DNA of 64,000 nt, from positions 37,512,001-37,576,000 of the forward strand of contig NC_086109.1 in assembly GCF_963921235.1 (NCBI RefSeq), read 5' to 3'. The notes under the pieces were generated by a model. That model was not told where the DNA came from. It was given only the letters and a program-made list of their open reading frames with translations, and made no database searches. Origin of the DNA: Mobula hypostoma. Its lineage: Eukaryota. The position numbers and the translations under genes are program-made. Below are positions 13,027-26,222 of the stretch, one piece after another. How positions within the stretch are numbered: position 1 is the first letter of the stretch; each line of letters starts with the position of its first letter.

Positions 13027-13400
13027 CACCCCGGCTGTGTCTTGTGACTGGCAGAGGAGGGGAGCAGAGCTGAAGCCGCTAACCTAACGGCACCAAGCTG
13101 TCTGGGTCTGGGCTCCTCTCTAAGACGGGGCCTTCGTCTATCTTCGCCGCTGGATCCTTCCTTAATCTCGACGTTAACCAGGAGCGCGGCTGCCAGCCAA
13201 GCTGTAGGGGAATTAGTTAAAAAAAAGGAATGCCTTTCTCCTCCGCAGACACAGTAAACGTAGCTGGAGGCCCAGGATCCGAAAAGCACACCGCCCTAAT
13301 TCCTTCTCCCAATCCCTGGCGCGCCCCCTACCTGAAGGAGTTACAGCGGCCCGTCGAGAACCAGAGCAAAACAATATCGCTGAAGCCGTGTTGGGACAAA
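13027..13400 (-). promoter_or_regulatory. ARL8A: CpG-enriched 5' UTR/promoter region of ARL8A
   Basis: GC/CpG-rich patch directly upstream of the ARL8A ATG in an AT-rich, CpG-depleted background. The transcription start cannot be determined. Confidence 0.55.
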
Positions 13401-13929
13401 TCTCTTTCAGAATAGTTTTCAAAATGCACTGTAATTCCTTCCGAAGCCTCTCTACTTTCCTTCAACCAAGCCTTTGGAAAACTATTCTACCATCTGTATA
13501 TCTCAGCATTAGATTATACAAAGTCAAGAGGACCAGTCAACTCAATAGATTGATGCCAATTTTGTTTGATTAAAAAGCCCTTACTTCATAAAAGGTTCTT
13601 TACAACAAAAACTGGTTATTTGGTTAATGGTTAAAGAGATATTCTAATGCTTTCTCCTATTTTTTTTAGACTTCCAGTACTGTGGAAATAAAACAAATGT
13701 TTCTAACCGGAGATGAAGTTATTCATTGATTTGACACAATATTTTTTTGAGGTATTCTGGCAACTTGGAGTAACTGTTAAGAATTACAATCATGATCAGA
13801 AAACCGAGAGTTTTTGTTCCATAGTGAACATGTAATTCTCTGCTTACTTTAACAAATGGCGGGCATGTAAACAGGTAAAGGCTTGTGCAAAATGACTGAC
13901 AACCACTTATATTTGTAATTTCTCCAGAA

Positions 13930-14890
13930 ATTGAAGTCTAATTCCTAGACATTGCAATGAGCACCCATCTATCCAGTATCCTCTTTGACTTTCTACCATC
14001 AGGCAGGAGACTCTGATGCATAAAATCAAGAATGGTCAGAATGGGAAACAATTTCTTCCCTCAGGTCATTAGGCTTCTGAACTCCCTGCCGCATCACATT
14101 CAAAGTGTCACTGGTTAATCTGTTCTGTACCTTACAATATTTAATTTATGCTCTTTAGTTTGTTTACTTATGTATAATCCATCTGTAGATTTCATCCTAG
14201 TTTCATAAATTATGATGTGTTCTGTGTGTTATGTATTGTAGTAGGCAGCCATTGAACCCAGGGGATCATGGGTTTCCGCCTCTGGCGCACTATGTCCTCT
14301 CCAGAGCACAAGCCTGGGCAGGAAGATTTGAAGAACCGGCTATTGTCCATGCAGTAGGTTCCCCCTCGCCACATCACTGTAGTCCAAAGGAAGGGCAAGC
14401 ACCAATACAGCTTGGCACCAGTGTGGTCGCAGAAGTTGCCAGAGTGAAGTTGTAAACAACATCAAACTGCCTTAGGGATTTCGGCTCTGGATTTCTTACT
14501 CGGGGTTTACTACCGAAGCCTTTCCCATGGGTGGGTAAGGCCACAAGGCAGTGGAGGTTTAAAATCAAAGTTTTCCTTCTCCTAGGCGGGCTGCCATCCA
14601 AGGCTGACGAGCCCCACCTGCCCAAAGCAACTAGTTTTGAGGCGCCAGTGGTCTGCCTTTGCCTCTTCTCTTGTCAGTAGAAACAGTTCCACTGGGCCTA
14701 GTGGCTAAGCCACACATGAAGGCCAAGAGTTGGACTTGGGTGTCAGAGGTTGTTAGTGACGCACACCATTTGGAACACCTTATAAGTAGTAGGAGCTCAT
14801 CCCCTGGCTATGACAACATTAGGGAGCTTCACACCTGGCTCGGAGAAACAGTTTCTCATTTGATGGTCTACGTGTATATAGATAAATGAC
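13930..14890 (+). mobile_element. Rex1/Babar 3' fragment interrupted by an RTE-type derivative
   Basis: Decayed HP...LPSGRRL...NNFFPQVIRLLN coding sequence; 3' end gacaataaacttg at ~14890. Confidence 0.55.
14240..14828 (-). mobile_element. Non-autonomous retroposon, probably RTE-clade derived
   Basis: No ORF; shares a ~50-bp block and a similar 3' end with the SINE at 43247-43486. The clade assignment is from recognition only. Confidence 0.45.
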
Positions 14891-15586
14891 AATAAACTTG
14901 ATTGAAGGTCAATTGGCATTAAAATAAATTGTTATTTTTATTTTCTTTGAATAGTGGGCCTCAAGTTGCAACTTCATTAATAGAGTACATCAACCATACT
15001 CTTTTGTTAAACAATTGAAATATTTTTTTTTAGCTTCTACCATTAGTTGGAAAGTTCAATATCTCAAGTGAGTCTTATTCTCAGTGAGATTGAAAAATTC
15101 CATTGGATTATATTGAAGACTAGCAAAATAGTTAAATCTGATCATCTGAGTTAATATTTATCTATCAACTCATATGATGTAATAAGTTATATGGTCATTA
15201 TCAAATTCCAATATCTCGGGGAGTCAGGTGCATATAAATTATCCCTGGTGAGGAAGGAACATGCGAAAGTTAAAGATGCGAAATGCACAAGTGCAAACAA
15301 GTTGCAGAAATTACATACAGTACAAGGAGTGGCTGAGGGCCATATCTTCCTTCCAGAATCCACTTCGAATATACCCTACAGCTACTGGTTGCTTTGTTCT
15401 TTGCCATGCCTTTCATTACCATTCACCAATTCTGCTTAAAATTTAAACAAAATACAGAAAGGTGGAGGAAGCAGAAAAAAAAGAAAAAAAAGAGGGAAAT
15501 AAAGTTATGTGGGAAATAAAAATCAATTAAGATAGAAAGGAGGGAGGGAAACAATAGCACAGAGAGAAATCACACCGAGAGCACAA

Positions 15587-15885
15587 GGGGCCATGGTAGT
15601 GTAGCAGTTAGCATAGCGCTATTACAACTCAGAGTGTCAAAGTTAGGAGTACAATTCCAATGCAGTCTGAAATGAGTTTGTATGTTCCTTCACATAAGCA
15701 CTTGGGTTTCCTCCGTGTGCTCCAGCTTCTGCCCACAGTCCAAAGATGTACCGGTTAGCAGGTTAATTGGTCATTGTAAATTGTCCTGTGACTAGACTAG
15801 GATTAAATAGGTGGGTTGCTGGGCGGTGAGGCTCTTTGGGCTGGAAAGGCCTGTTCCATACCCTCTCTCTAAATAAATAAATAAA
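15587..15885 (+). mobile_element. tRNA-derived V-domain SINE with CR1-like tail
   Basis: tRNA-like head; V-domain gggtttcctcc...cccacagtccaaaga...ggttaattggtcattgtaaattgtcc; tail ggcctgttcc... followed by (TAAA)n. Confidence 0.8.
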
Positions 15886-16049
15886 ATAGTGCCAATCCAA
15901 ATTCAGATTAACCAGCACACAAGGAAAAAAAATAGATCAACCTTTGTGAAAAGGTGGGACATCAAGAAACAACAGCCAGTGCTTTCACAGTAGAGCAAAG
16001 AAATACAATAAAATCAATGAAAAACTACAAACAAACACTGATAAATAAA

Positions 16050-18337
16050 CACAAAATAATCTGCAGATGCTGGGATCAAAGCAACACTCATATCACGCTG
16101 GAGGAACTCAGCAGGTTGGGCAGCATCAGTGGAAACGATGAGTCGATGTTTCAGGCTGGAACCCTTTGTCAGGACTGAACAAAGAAGGAGGGGGAAGGAT
16201 TTGAAGAATGCTTGTAGGTTCAGTTGAAAGACTAGTAATTTGAAAGACAAAGGGGTGGGGGAAGGGAAGCAGGGACATCATAGGCAGGAAAACAATGGGA
16301 AGTAGAAGAATGACACCTGACACCTCTCTGACACCTCCTCTTCCTTACCCCTGGAACAGGACCCCACCAAAAGACATCAAACCATTGTCTCCCGCACCTT
16401 CACCGCCCTTATCAACTCTGGAGACCATCCATCCTCAGCCACTAAACTCATTATTCCCACACCCTGTACCACTCAGTTTTACCTCCTCCCAAAGATACAC
16501 AAGCCTGACTGTCCCGGTAGACCCATAGTTTCTGCCTGCTCCTGTCTCACCGAACTTGTATCTGCCTACCTGGACTCCATTTTCTCACCCATAGTTCAGT
16601 CCCTCCCCACCTACATCCGGGATACATCCCATGCCCTCCACCTCTTCAATAACTTCCAGTTCCCCGGTTCCAACCATTTCATTCTTACTATGAATGTCCA
16701 ATCCTTATACACCTCCATTCCCCATCAAGAAGGCCTCAAAGCCCTCCGCTACTTCCTGGATAATAGACCTCACCAGTTCCCCACCACCACTATCCTCCTC
16801 TGGTTGGCGGAACTGGTTCCCACACTCAATAACTTCTCTTTTGGCTCTTCCCACTTTCTTCAGACTAAGGGTGTAGCTATGGGAACTCACATGGGACCCA
16901 ACTACGCCTGCCTCTTCGTTGGTTACGTGGGACAGTCTGTGCTCCAAACCCATTCTGGTACTGCTCCCCAACTTTTCCTTCGGTACATTGACGACTACAT
17001 TGGTGCTGCTTCCTGCACCCATGCTGAGCTCGTTAATTTCATCGACTTTACTTCAAACTTCCACCCAGCCCTCAAATTCACTTGGTCTATCTCGGACACT
17101 TCTCTCCCCGTTCTCGATGAAGACAGACTGTCTCCATCTCTGAAGACAGACTGTCCACTGACATCTTCTACAAGCCCACTGACTCTCATAACTACCTCGA
17201 CTAGACCTCTTCCCACCCCACCACATGCAAAAATGCCATTCCCTATTCCCAGTTCCTCCGTCTCCGCCGCATCTGCTCCCAGGATGAGGCTTTCCGTTCC
17301 AGGACATCTCAAATGTCCTCTTTCTTTAAGGATCGTGGTTTCCCTTCTACCATCATCAATGATGCCCTCACTCACATCTCCTCCATTTCCTGCACTTCGG
17401 CCCTCACCCCATCCTCCCACCACTACAACAGGGACAGAGTTCCCCTTGTCCTCACCTACCACCCCACCAGCCTCCAGATCCAGCACATTATCCTCCGCAA
17501 CTTCCGCCACCTTCAACAGGACCCCACCACTAAGCACATCTTTCCCTCTCCACCCATCTCCGCTTTCCGCAGGGATCGGTGCCTCCGCGACTCCCTTATC
17601 CGCACGTCCATCCCCACAGATCTCCCACCCTGCACTTATCCCTGTAAGCGTAAGTTCTACACCTGTCCCTACACCTCCTCTCTTGCCACCATTCAGGGCC
17701 CTAAACAGTCCTTCCAGGTGAGTCAACACTTCACTTGTGAGTCTGTTGGGGTCATATATTGCATCCAGTACTCCCGGTGCGGCCTCCTCTACATCGGTGA
17801 AACTCGACGCAGATTGGGGGACCGCTTCGTCGAGCACCTCCACTCCGTCCGCCACAACAGACAGGATCTCCTGGTAGCCACCCACTTCAACTCTGCTTCC
17901 CATTCCCATTCAGATATGTCCATACATGGCCTCCTCTACTGCCATGATGAGGCTAAACTTAGGTTGGAGAAGTAACACCTCATATACTGTCTAGGTAGTC
18001 TCCAGACCCTTGGTATGAAGATAGAATTCTCCAACTTCCGGTAATTCCCTCCCCCTCCCTTCCTCTATCCCTATTTCACTCTGCCCCCTCCCTCATGGTT
18101 CCGCCTCCTTCTTCTACTACCCATTGTTTTCCTGCCTATGACGTCCCTGCTTCCCCTCCCCCACCCCTTTGTCTTTCAAATTACTGGTCTTTCAACTGAG
18201 CCTACAAGCATTCTTCAAATCCTTCCCCCTCTTTCTTTGTTCAGTCCTGACGAAGGGTTCCAGCCCGAAACGACGACTCATCACTTCCACTGATGCTGCC
18301 CGACCTGCTGAGTTCCTCCAGCATGCTGTGAGTGTTC
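16050..18337 (+). mobile_element. Penelope-like element (RT + GIY-YIG), 5'-truncated, with an inverted terminal repeat at the left end; frameshifted
   Basis: RT motifs SLYTSIP, GVAMGT..GPNYA and RYIDD; GIY-YIG VIYCI..SRCGLLYIGET; 14-bp TSD cactgataaataaa (16036-16049 / 18338-18351); frameshift at a short local duplication near 17115-17155. Confidence 0.92.
18243..18278 (+). ncRNA. Penelope-associated minimal hammerhead motif (cleavage triplet mutated to GAC)
   Basis: AGUC-CUGACGA-A-GGG-uuccag-CCC-GAAAC-GAC-GACU. Confidence 0.6.
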
Positions 18338-18429
18338 CACTGATAAATAAAGCAAAGTCCAAAAGAAGACAACATCTTCAAATGCAAATAATAGACACAT
18401 AAATAATACTGAGAATGTGAGTTGTAGAA

Positions 18430-18990
18430 TCATTGAAAGTAGAATCATACGTTCAGAGTTGAGCTGGTTCCACACTGGTTCAGGAGCATAATGGTTGAAG
18501 GGTAATAACTGTTCCTGAGCTGGGTGGCATGATTCCCGAGGCTCCTGTACTCTTTCCGGATGGCAGCAGCAAGAAGAGAGCATGGCCTGGATGGTAAGCA
18601 TCCTTGATGATGGATGCTGCTTTCTTGTGGCTCCTCTCCTGTAAATGTTCACAATGATAGGGAGGGCTTTGCCTGTGATGGAATGCACTGTATCCATCAC
18701 TTCTGGTAGGCTTTTCCATTCTTGGACATAGTGTTTCCATACTAGGTCATGATGCAACCAGTCAGGATACTCTCCACTGTGTATCTATAGAAGCTTGTCA
18801 AAGTTTGAGATGACATATTGAATGTGCATAATCTTCTAAGAAAGTAGATGTGCTGCTGTGCCTTCTTCGTAATGACATTTCCATGCTGGTTCCACAACAG
18901 ATCCTCTGACATTACTCCAAAGAATTTAAAGTTATTGACACTCTCAATCTCAGGTCCCCTAATGAGGACTGCCTCATGGACCTTGAGTTT
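18430..18990 (-). mobile_element. Rex1/Babar 3' fragment
   Basis: Reads FKFFGV..SEDLLW...KKAQQHIYFLRRL...FYRYTVESILTGCI and IIKDAYHPGHALFLLLPSGK. Confidence 0.8.
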
Positions 18991-19892
18991 CATCCACCTA
19001 TAAAAATTGATTTGGAAATTGGAAATCTGTTCTTTCACCATCTTCCAAATGAATATTATAATTAATTTCTGGGATGAGGGTATTATTGGCAAGATAGATA
19101 TTACCAAAAACCTTACTACTTTATACAAAAATTGGGTAATTACATTAAATACAGCAAAAAGGAAAAATTTGAAGATTAAATATATAAAAGAAAAGCAACA
19201 TATTAAAAGAAAACAATCAAGAATGTAGGACTTCTCAAGGATGAATGAGAGAATGTAGATGACAAGATTAAATAAATACATTGCATCAGGTTAGCAAACA
19301 GATTGCGATTACAGAGCTATAAGAAATGTGTTGCAAATATTTCAGATAGCTTAAAAGAAAAATATTGTGCATAAGTGACAGATCAAGTTAGATAGGGTAA
19401 ATTTTTATCCTTATCACTTTCGTGATAATATGGCTGCACTATTGTTCCTTCTATTTGAGATCTAACATATTTAAGTTAAAAAGGGATGAAAATTGGACAG
19501 ATTCCATAAAAGGGGCTGGACCTGTCTGTCAGCTAGCTTCTCATGTAATGAAATCAAAAATGCAATTTCATAACTTACAGGGTCATGATTGTCTGCAATC
19601 ATGACTACTAAAACAAGTATGAGATGAAAGAACAGATTGGGTGCATCTTAGTTTCACTTGAGCAATGCAAACTACATCAGATGGCTTGAGAATAATGCTA
19701 TTATATTTCTCTGCAAATAAAGACTATAAAGTTGGCAAGGATAAAGCAGCTATTTTTATGGCACTTATGTACAAACTATTATGATTTTTAATTCAAAAAT
19801 GAAATCAATGACCACTTAGAATTGCAGTAAGGTCAAAAAATTAAAGTCAAGCAGGATGCACTTACTAAAAACAAGTTGCAGAGTAAAGTCTA

Positions 19893-20240
19893 TACGAGGG
19901 GTGATTGATAAGTTCATGGCCTAAGGTAGAAGGAGTCAATTTTAGAAAACCTAGCGCATTTGTTTTTCAACATAGTCCCCTCCTACATTTACACACCTAA
20001 TCCAGCGGTTGTGGAGCATACGAATCCCTTCTTTGTAGAAGTCGGCGTCTTGGACCTCCAGAAGTGGTCCGCAGCAGGAGTGATTGATAAGTTCATGGCC
20101 TAAGGCAGAAGGAGATGAGTTATTAACTTCAAACTTTCTGCATCATCACTCAAAGAGTTGAACTGCATGTCCCTGTAACGAGAGCTGTATAACCCATCTC
20201 CTTCTACCTTAGGCCACGAACTTATCAATCACCCCTCATC
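19893..20240. mobile_element. Mariner-derived MITE
   Basis: TIR tacgaggggtgattgataagttc..ggcctaagg at both ends, an additional internal TIR copy, TA flanks. Confidence 0.8.
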
Positions 20241-20312
20241 TATATGCACAAAAATTATTTAAACATTTCTGATATTGAATTTACAATAACTTTAGTAAGA
20301 TGTTAAATAAAA

Positions 20313-20313
<1 letters not shown>

Positions 20314-20352
<39 letters not shown>
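20314..20352. repeat. (CA)n microsatellite
   Basis: Directly visible. Confidence 0.95.
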
Positions 20353-20356
<4 letters not shown>

Positions 20357-20489
20357 AACTTATAACATATTTGCATTGAGTTTTTTCAGTTGATAAGCTG
20401 AAATAGGTATCTCTGCGAAGATGAAATTATGCTCACCACTGAAGATCCTGGAGTCAAATAGGACATCAATGTTGAAAAATACTTTGATC

Positions 20490-21345
20490 TGTCATAAGGA
20501 GGTGGCTGTAAATGGACCCAAGTGCAAGACACAGACACTGAAGGACTAGGGACAGGACTAGGGTACAGGATGAGAGCAAGGACATGGACACGAAAACCGG
20601 GAACCCGGAACAAGACTGGACAAGAGAGCTAGGAGCCTGGGCTTGGACTCCAAGCCAGAGACTGGACAAGGACCCAGAACCTGGATCTTGCCTCTGGCTC
20701 GGGCCCCAGAACTAGGCAAGGACAAGGCTTGGCAGGCAGGCAGGACGAGGCTGGAGTCTTCAGGCTTGAGGCTAGAGGCGAGGCTTGGCAGGAGGCAGGA
20801 GGCTGGAGTCTTCAGGCTTGAGGCTAGGTAGGCTCCTCCTGGGCAGGGTGCGGATCACCACCCGATGGAGGCATGGGACAGGAAGGGACAGAGCCAACCG
20901 CAGGTAACGGCAAGACGGCCTGGCTTACCCAACAGAGGCAAGGGACAGGAAGGGACAGAACCAACCGCAGGTAACGGCAAGACAGCCTGGCTTACCTGAC
21001 AGAAGCAAGGGACAGAACCAGCTGCAGGGTAATGGCAAGACAGCCTGATTTACCCGGCGGAGGCATGAACAGGAATGGAGCTAGGTACGGCGAGGCGAGA
21101 GTTACCGGCAAGACAAGGCAAGGAAACAGAAGGCAGAGGAAGGGTTACAAGGAGTAAGGACAAGAACAATCCATCAGCCATGCCCTGGTCTCTGAAGGCA
21201 TTTATGCAGCCAGCCCCAACGAGCATCAGCTACCTCAATTAGAGCTGAACAAGAACAGAAACAGGGTAGACAGGAAAACCTGGAGCAAGGGTCGATGGAC
21301 CGGACCATGAACCGGAATACGGACTTCACGGACCAGACCATAACA
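20490..21345 (-). mobile_element. Solo LTR, family A copy 1
   Basis: TGTCA...TAACA termini; perfect 5-bp TSD tgatc (20485-20489 / 21346-21350); internal ~65-bp tandem units. Confidence 0.85.
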
Positions 21346-21949
21346 TGATCAGTCTCAAGCATATGCCGAGGAGATATAAGTGGTGTCAGTAAGAAAGTGA
21401 ATGAAGAGGTAGTGTGGAAACAGAATCAAGACTTCAGTTTTCTCAATATTAAGTTGGAGGAAAAAACATGATCACCTGTACTAGTTCTTCGAAAAACAAT
21501 CTTACAATATAAGAACAGTACAGGGTTCAAAAGGAGGAAGTGGTGAGGTGAGGCTGGGTGTCAGCAAATTATATATGAAAATGGAATTTGAGTTTTTGGA
21601 TGATGTTGCTGAAATTTAACATTTTGTTGAGAGATTGGAGGAGCCAATTAGTTGTCCTTGTGAAGAAATGTGAAGAAGATGTAAGAGGAATAAATCCAGA
21701 AGATTAGATCAGGTTGTTTATATAAGAGGCTGGGGTTGAGAGGGATAATATATCAGCCATGATGGAATGGTGGAGGAGAGTTGATGGGCTGAATGGCCAA
21801 TTCTGCTCCTATGTCTTATGGTCTTATAAGACTGGAATCAGCTTGTTAGATGGTGAGGGACATGGAAAATGTTAGTGTCTTTAAATGTGTTAAAGGCTGC
21901 AGACAGACACATGACAAATCTAAATTTTCATTGTAACTTCAAGATTCAT

Positions 21950-22630
21950 GATTGAAGACTGTTTATTGTCATTTATCAGTACAAATGTATAAAGGATAAA
22001 GAAATATTTGTTACTCCTGATCCCTTGCAGCATAAAAAACTTAATAAGCACGAAGAACACTATAAATATAAATACATAAGATTAGCTTATATACATAAAT
22101 TTAGCTTATTATATATGAGCTTATGAGTCTGGTGGTCCTGGCATGAATGCTGTGTAGCCTCTTCCCTGATCGGAGTGGGACAAGCAGTTCATGAGCAGAT
22201 TGGGTAGAATCCTTCATGGTATTGCTGGCCTTTTCCCAGCACCTTTCTATATATATGTCCTTGATGGTGGGTAGGCTGGTGCTGGTGATGCGTTGGGCAG
22301 TTTTAACTGGCTGTTGTAGAGCCCTCCTATCCGCTGCAGTGCAGATCCTGTACCATTCAGTGATCCAGCATGTTAGAATGCTCGAAACTCTGCATCCATA
22401 GACGCCTGTTAGTTTTGATGTGCGTAGTCCAGCACTCTTCAGACTCCTCAGAAAGTAGAGGCATTGGTGAGCTTTCTTGACTGTGGAGGGCATGCTCTAG
22501 GACTATGAGAGGTTGTGTGAGATATGCACTCCCAAGAATTTGAAACTGCTCGCAGTTTTCACGGCTGTACCTCTGATGTGAAGAGAGGTGAGAGTGGTGA
22601 GAGTTTTCCTGAAGTGAATGACCATCTCTT
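21950..22630 (-). mobile_element. Rex1/Babar 3' fragment
   Basis: Reads KKAHQCLYFLRSLK...SSILTCWITEWY...LRSGKRL. Confidence 0.8.
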
Positions 22631-22750
22631 TTGGTACAACTTCCTATAAATAAGGAATTAATTGAGATAGCATGCCAACAGAAAAGGTAATGTCAAAGGA
22701 AGGTCTGATTCTAGTGTGAACCCAGAAAGATAAACAGCTTCAAATGAGCT

Positions 22751-23580
22751 CCCTTCCCACTGATCTCCCTCCTGGCACTTATCCTTGAAAGCGGAACAAG
22801 TGCTACACATGCCCTTACACTTCCTCCTTTACCACCATTCAGGGCCCCAGACAGTCCATCCAGGTGAGGTGACACTTCACCTGTGAGTCGGCTGGGGTGA
22901 TATACTGCGTCCGGTGCTCACGATGTGGCCTTCTATATATTGGCGAGACCCGACGCAGACTGGGAGATCGTTTTGCTGAACACCTATGCTCTGTCCGCCA
23001 GAGAAAGCGGAATCTCCCAGTGGCCACACATTTTAATTCCACATCCCATTCCCATTCTGATATGTCTATCCACGGCCTCCTCTACTGTAAAGATGAAGCC
23101 ACAGTCAGGTTGGAGGAACAACACCTTATATTCCGTCTGGGTAGCCTCCAACCTGATGGCATGAACATTGACTTCTCTAACTTCCGCTAACGCCTCACCT
23201 CCCCCTCGTACCCCATCTGTTATTTATTTATATACACACATTCTTTCTCTCACTCTCCTTTTTCTCCCTCTGTCCCTCTGACTATACCCCTTGCCCATCC
23301 TCTGGGTTCCCCCTCCCTCTTTTCCTTCTCCCTGGGCCTCCTGTCCCATGATCCTCTCATATCCCTTTTGCCAATCACCTGTCCAGCTCTTGGCTCCATC
23401 CCTCCCCCTCCTGTCTTCTCCTATCATTTTGGATCTCCCCCTCCCCCTCCACTTTCAAATCTCTTACTAGCTCTTCCTTCAGTTAGTCCTAACGAAGGGT
23501 CTCGGCCCAAAACGTCGACTGTACCTCTTCCTAGAGATGCTGCCTGGCCTGCTGTGTTCACCATCAAATTTGATGTGCGT
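22751..23580 (+). mobile_element. 5'-truncated Penelope-like element (GIY-YIG domain + terminal repeat)
   Basis: Reads IYCVRCSRCGLLYIGETRRRLGDRFAEH; 15-bp TSD agcttcaaatgagct (22736-22750 / 23581-23595). Confidence 0.92.
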
Positions 23581-24099
23581 AGCTTCAAATGAGCTTCAGT
23601 CTGTTTAGTATCATTGCTTAGCACCATCAATGTCAACATAATTGTATCAGTGCAGTAAGGTCACCCGATCAGACTCTTGCCAGTCAAAGAATGTAACAAA
23701 CATGTTCAGCCATGTTAATATTTGTTACTAATATTGTAAAAAATCTCTCCCTGAGTTTTGCAGATGGTGCATAGGCTTGCAACATAAGGGGTTGAGATAC
23801 TTACTGGGCACAGATGCTTCAGACACAATAATGAAGCACATGGATCAGGTAATATCCCAAGGGATTGCTGTTAGGGGAATAAGCAATGGTACTGTAATTA
23901 TTCATCATGGGTAAAAAGCATTGATGCAGATAATGAAGATAAATTAGTGCTTTGTATTCGAAACTTAATATAATATCTTTCAGCAGCTACATTTACGTAA
24001 AGGCTGCTTCTAGCTTATGTCGTGAATTAGTGTAGTAGGATTTAGAAATTAATCTCAGAGCTTTGTGCTCAGCCCGTCAAAAGTGCAACTAACAAGGCA

Positions 24100-24870
24100 T
24101 CACTACATCGTGTCATCCTCTTCATCTTCACTTCATCTTCCTCCTGCTGTTTTGCAGTGGCAAGAGCAGTGTATATAGCATTCAGAAGATGGTGATGAGG
24201 TGAGATTTCTTTTCTGAAAGTACTGCCGGATACTCCCCGCCCAATCCGGACAATGAAATAGCAAATTGGAGATCCCGATGGGATCATCTCACTGAGCATC
24301 CGTGCAGTCCTCTTTCTGTGATTGTGACTGAGCTCTTCAGCATAACAAGGAACTGATTAAGGAAGCAAGGATAAAGGTGTTAACATTGCCTGCCCAGAAC
24401 CATTTTGTTTGTTAATTGTGAATGAACCTTAATGGGTGCACAAGGTAATGGTCATGCAGATATTACCTGATGGCTCAATACTTCTGGCAGCTCAGAGTGT
24501 GACACCCTTTCAAGTTCAAGAGGAGATCCAGGTTCATGCGATTTATCACTATCTTTTGAAAAGGGAACAGTCTGAGCATAAATGAGTGTTCGGGACTGTT
24601 AGTTGTTTTTTTTTAATTCTCAATTCATAGATCTAAATCAAGTATTCGGATCTTACATTTGTTCTTGCTATATATTGAAGATGATGAATCCCACTGAATA
24701 GAGAGCACCCATGAAGACCTGAATACAGCCATGATTTACAAACCATGAAAATGTGGCATAAATCCACTATAGCTGCCTCCGATCATGGACATTCATTGAC
24801 AATAGCCAGCACCTTCCCAGGTGGAGCAGCCCCAGCATGGATACGTAGCTCCAGAAAATGACAGATCCTT
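24100..24870 (-). pseudogene. Highly decayed PIF/Harbinger transposase relic
   Basis: Frame-shifted minus-strand peptides EAAIVDLCH, HDHYLVH and IGISNLLFHCPDWAGSIRQY plus an acidic tail occur in the order expected for Harbinger motifs (..DLC, HDS.IL, IG.LK.RFRCLD.SGG.LQY). Confidence 0.5.
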
Positions 24871-25763
24871 GTTCCCACTGAGAGAAACTTAATATCTAGA
24901 TACATTACTATTAGGAATATTGAAGGTAGAAGAATGGCCAGGGGGTGTCTTTTAAAGGTTGAGAACCTCTTGGCCAGAGCTGTTTCAATCCTCTTTGTTC
25001 GTGAAGGAACCCACAGTTTTAAATCTTGGATGTTGCTGCAGGCTAAGCATAACTAGAACTATGAACTTCATTTTTTAAATTACCTTCATTTTTTCAATAG
25101 ACAGAACACTACATCTTTTCTGTTTTAATCCTTTGCATATGCTTAACTCAAATAATACTTCTGCAAAAATATAAGCTATTAATGATCCTCTTAAGCTTGT
25201 AGATATGAGAGTTGTTATGTTGATTTTCCTCATTTCAAAAGCATAACCTAATGGGGAGCTGTCAACCAGATATTAAACATAGCCATCTCAGCGTGCTTTA
25301 TGCATCTGCACACTGCATGTGTGCAACAAGGTGATTGATAGATGCATTACGCAATCTGCACCCTAAGGTTCCAAAAGCATTTTGTATTTGATATAAATTA
25401 ATGCTTAATATAATCATACCTGAACAGATAATATTTCAATAAATAGCAGAACCAATTGCAGGATTTTCAGGCTGCGTGTCTCTTGATAGAACTCATTCTG
25501 TGGATCTCAGCCACTTGTAATTTAAACTAATGACTTAGTGTTTTAGATGAATTAATCCTGTGTGTCATGTACAAGTTTGCTATAAGACCATAAGATTATA
25601 AAATATAGGAGCAGAATTAAGCCATTCAACCTATCAAGTCTGCGTCGTCATTCCATCATGGCCGTTATTGGATCTCACACAACCCCATGCACCTGCCTTT
25701 TCACCTTATCCTTTGATGCCCTAATCAAGCAGGAGGCAATCAACTTCCGCCTTAAGTATATGC

Positions 25764-26222
25764 ACCAGACCGGCTCAGCCATCCTCGGAGCAGCAAGCTC
25801 CCTACCTTCAGCCAATATGTATGAAAAAATAGCTGTATTTGGAATGGTGATTGCTAAGAGGTTAATCCTACAAATGTGGAAAATGGACTCTGTGCCTACA
25901 TACAATCTGTGGCTGAGAGAACTGGCAAATACTTCACATTTGGAGAGACTGAGACTATGTAATGAGGACAGACAGGACATCTTTGAAAGGATCTGGGGCC
26001 CTGTATTGGACTTTCTCACGGGGTGAGGACTGAGGTTTTTTGGTGCGGTGCACCTCTGCTGTGTATGTTTAATTTTGCCTTTATATTTTTTTCCCTTTTG
26101 CTGCTCAATATTTAATTTGATTTTGTTATGGTTGTGGTTTTTGTGGATGTGCTGTATTTTTGTGTTTTTTTGTTTGTTTGTAATAAATAAAAATGAAAAT
26201 ATTTTTAAAAAATATATATATC
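25764..26222 (+). mobile_element. L1-clade 3' fragment
   Basis: ORF2 C-terminus AKRLILQMWK...WLREL...FERIWGP; AATAAA and A-rich tail; tatatgc repeated at 25757-25763 and 26223-26229. Confidence 0.75.

Noticed and set aside
15191..15446. Two overlapping short ORFs in non-repetitive-looking DNA
   Set aside because: No recognisable protein similarity and no convincing splice-site pair.
16995..17909. 304-aa minus-strand ORF, and similar antisense ORFs at 51411-52466 and within the CR1s
   Set aside because: Antisense shadows of transposon coding regions, with no independent motifs.
24069..24299. 76-aa ORF as a host gene exon
   Set aside because: Better explained as a largely off-frame reading of the decayed Harbinger relic.
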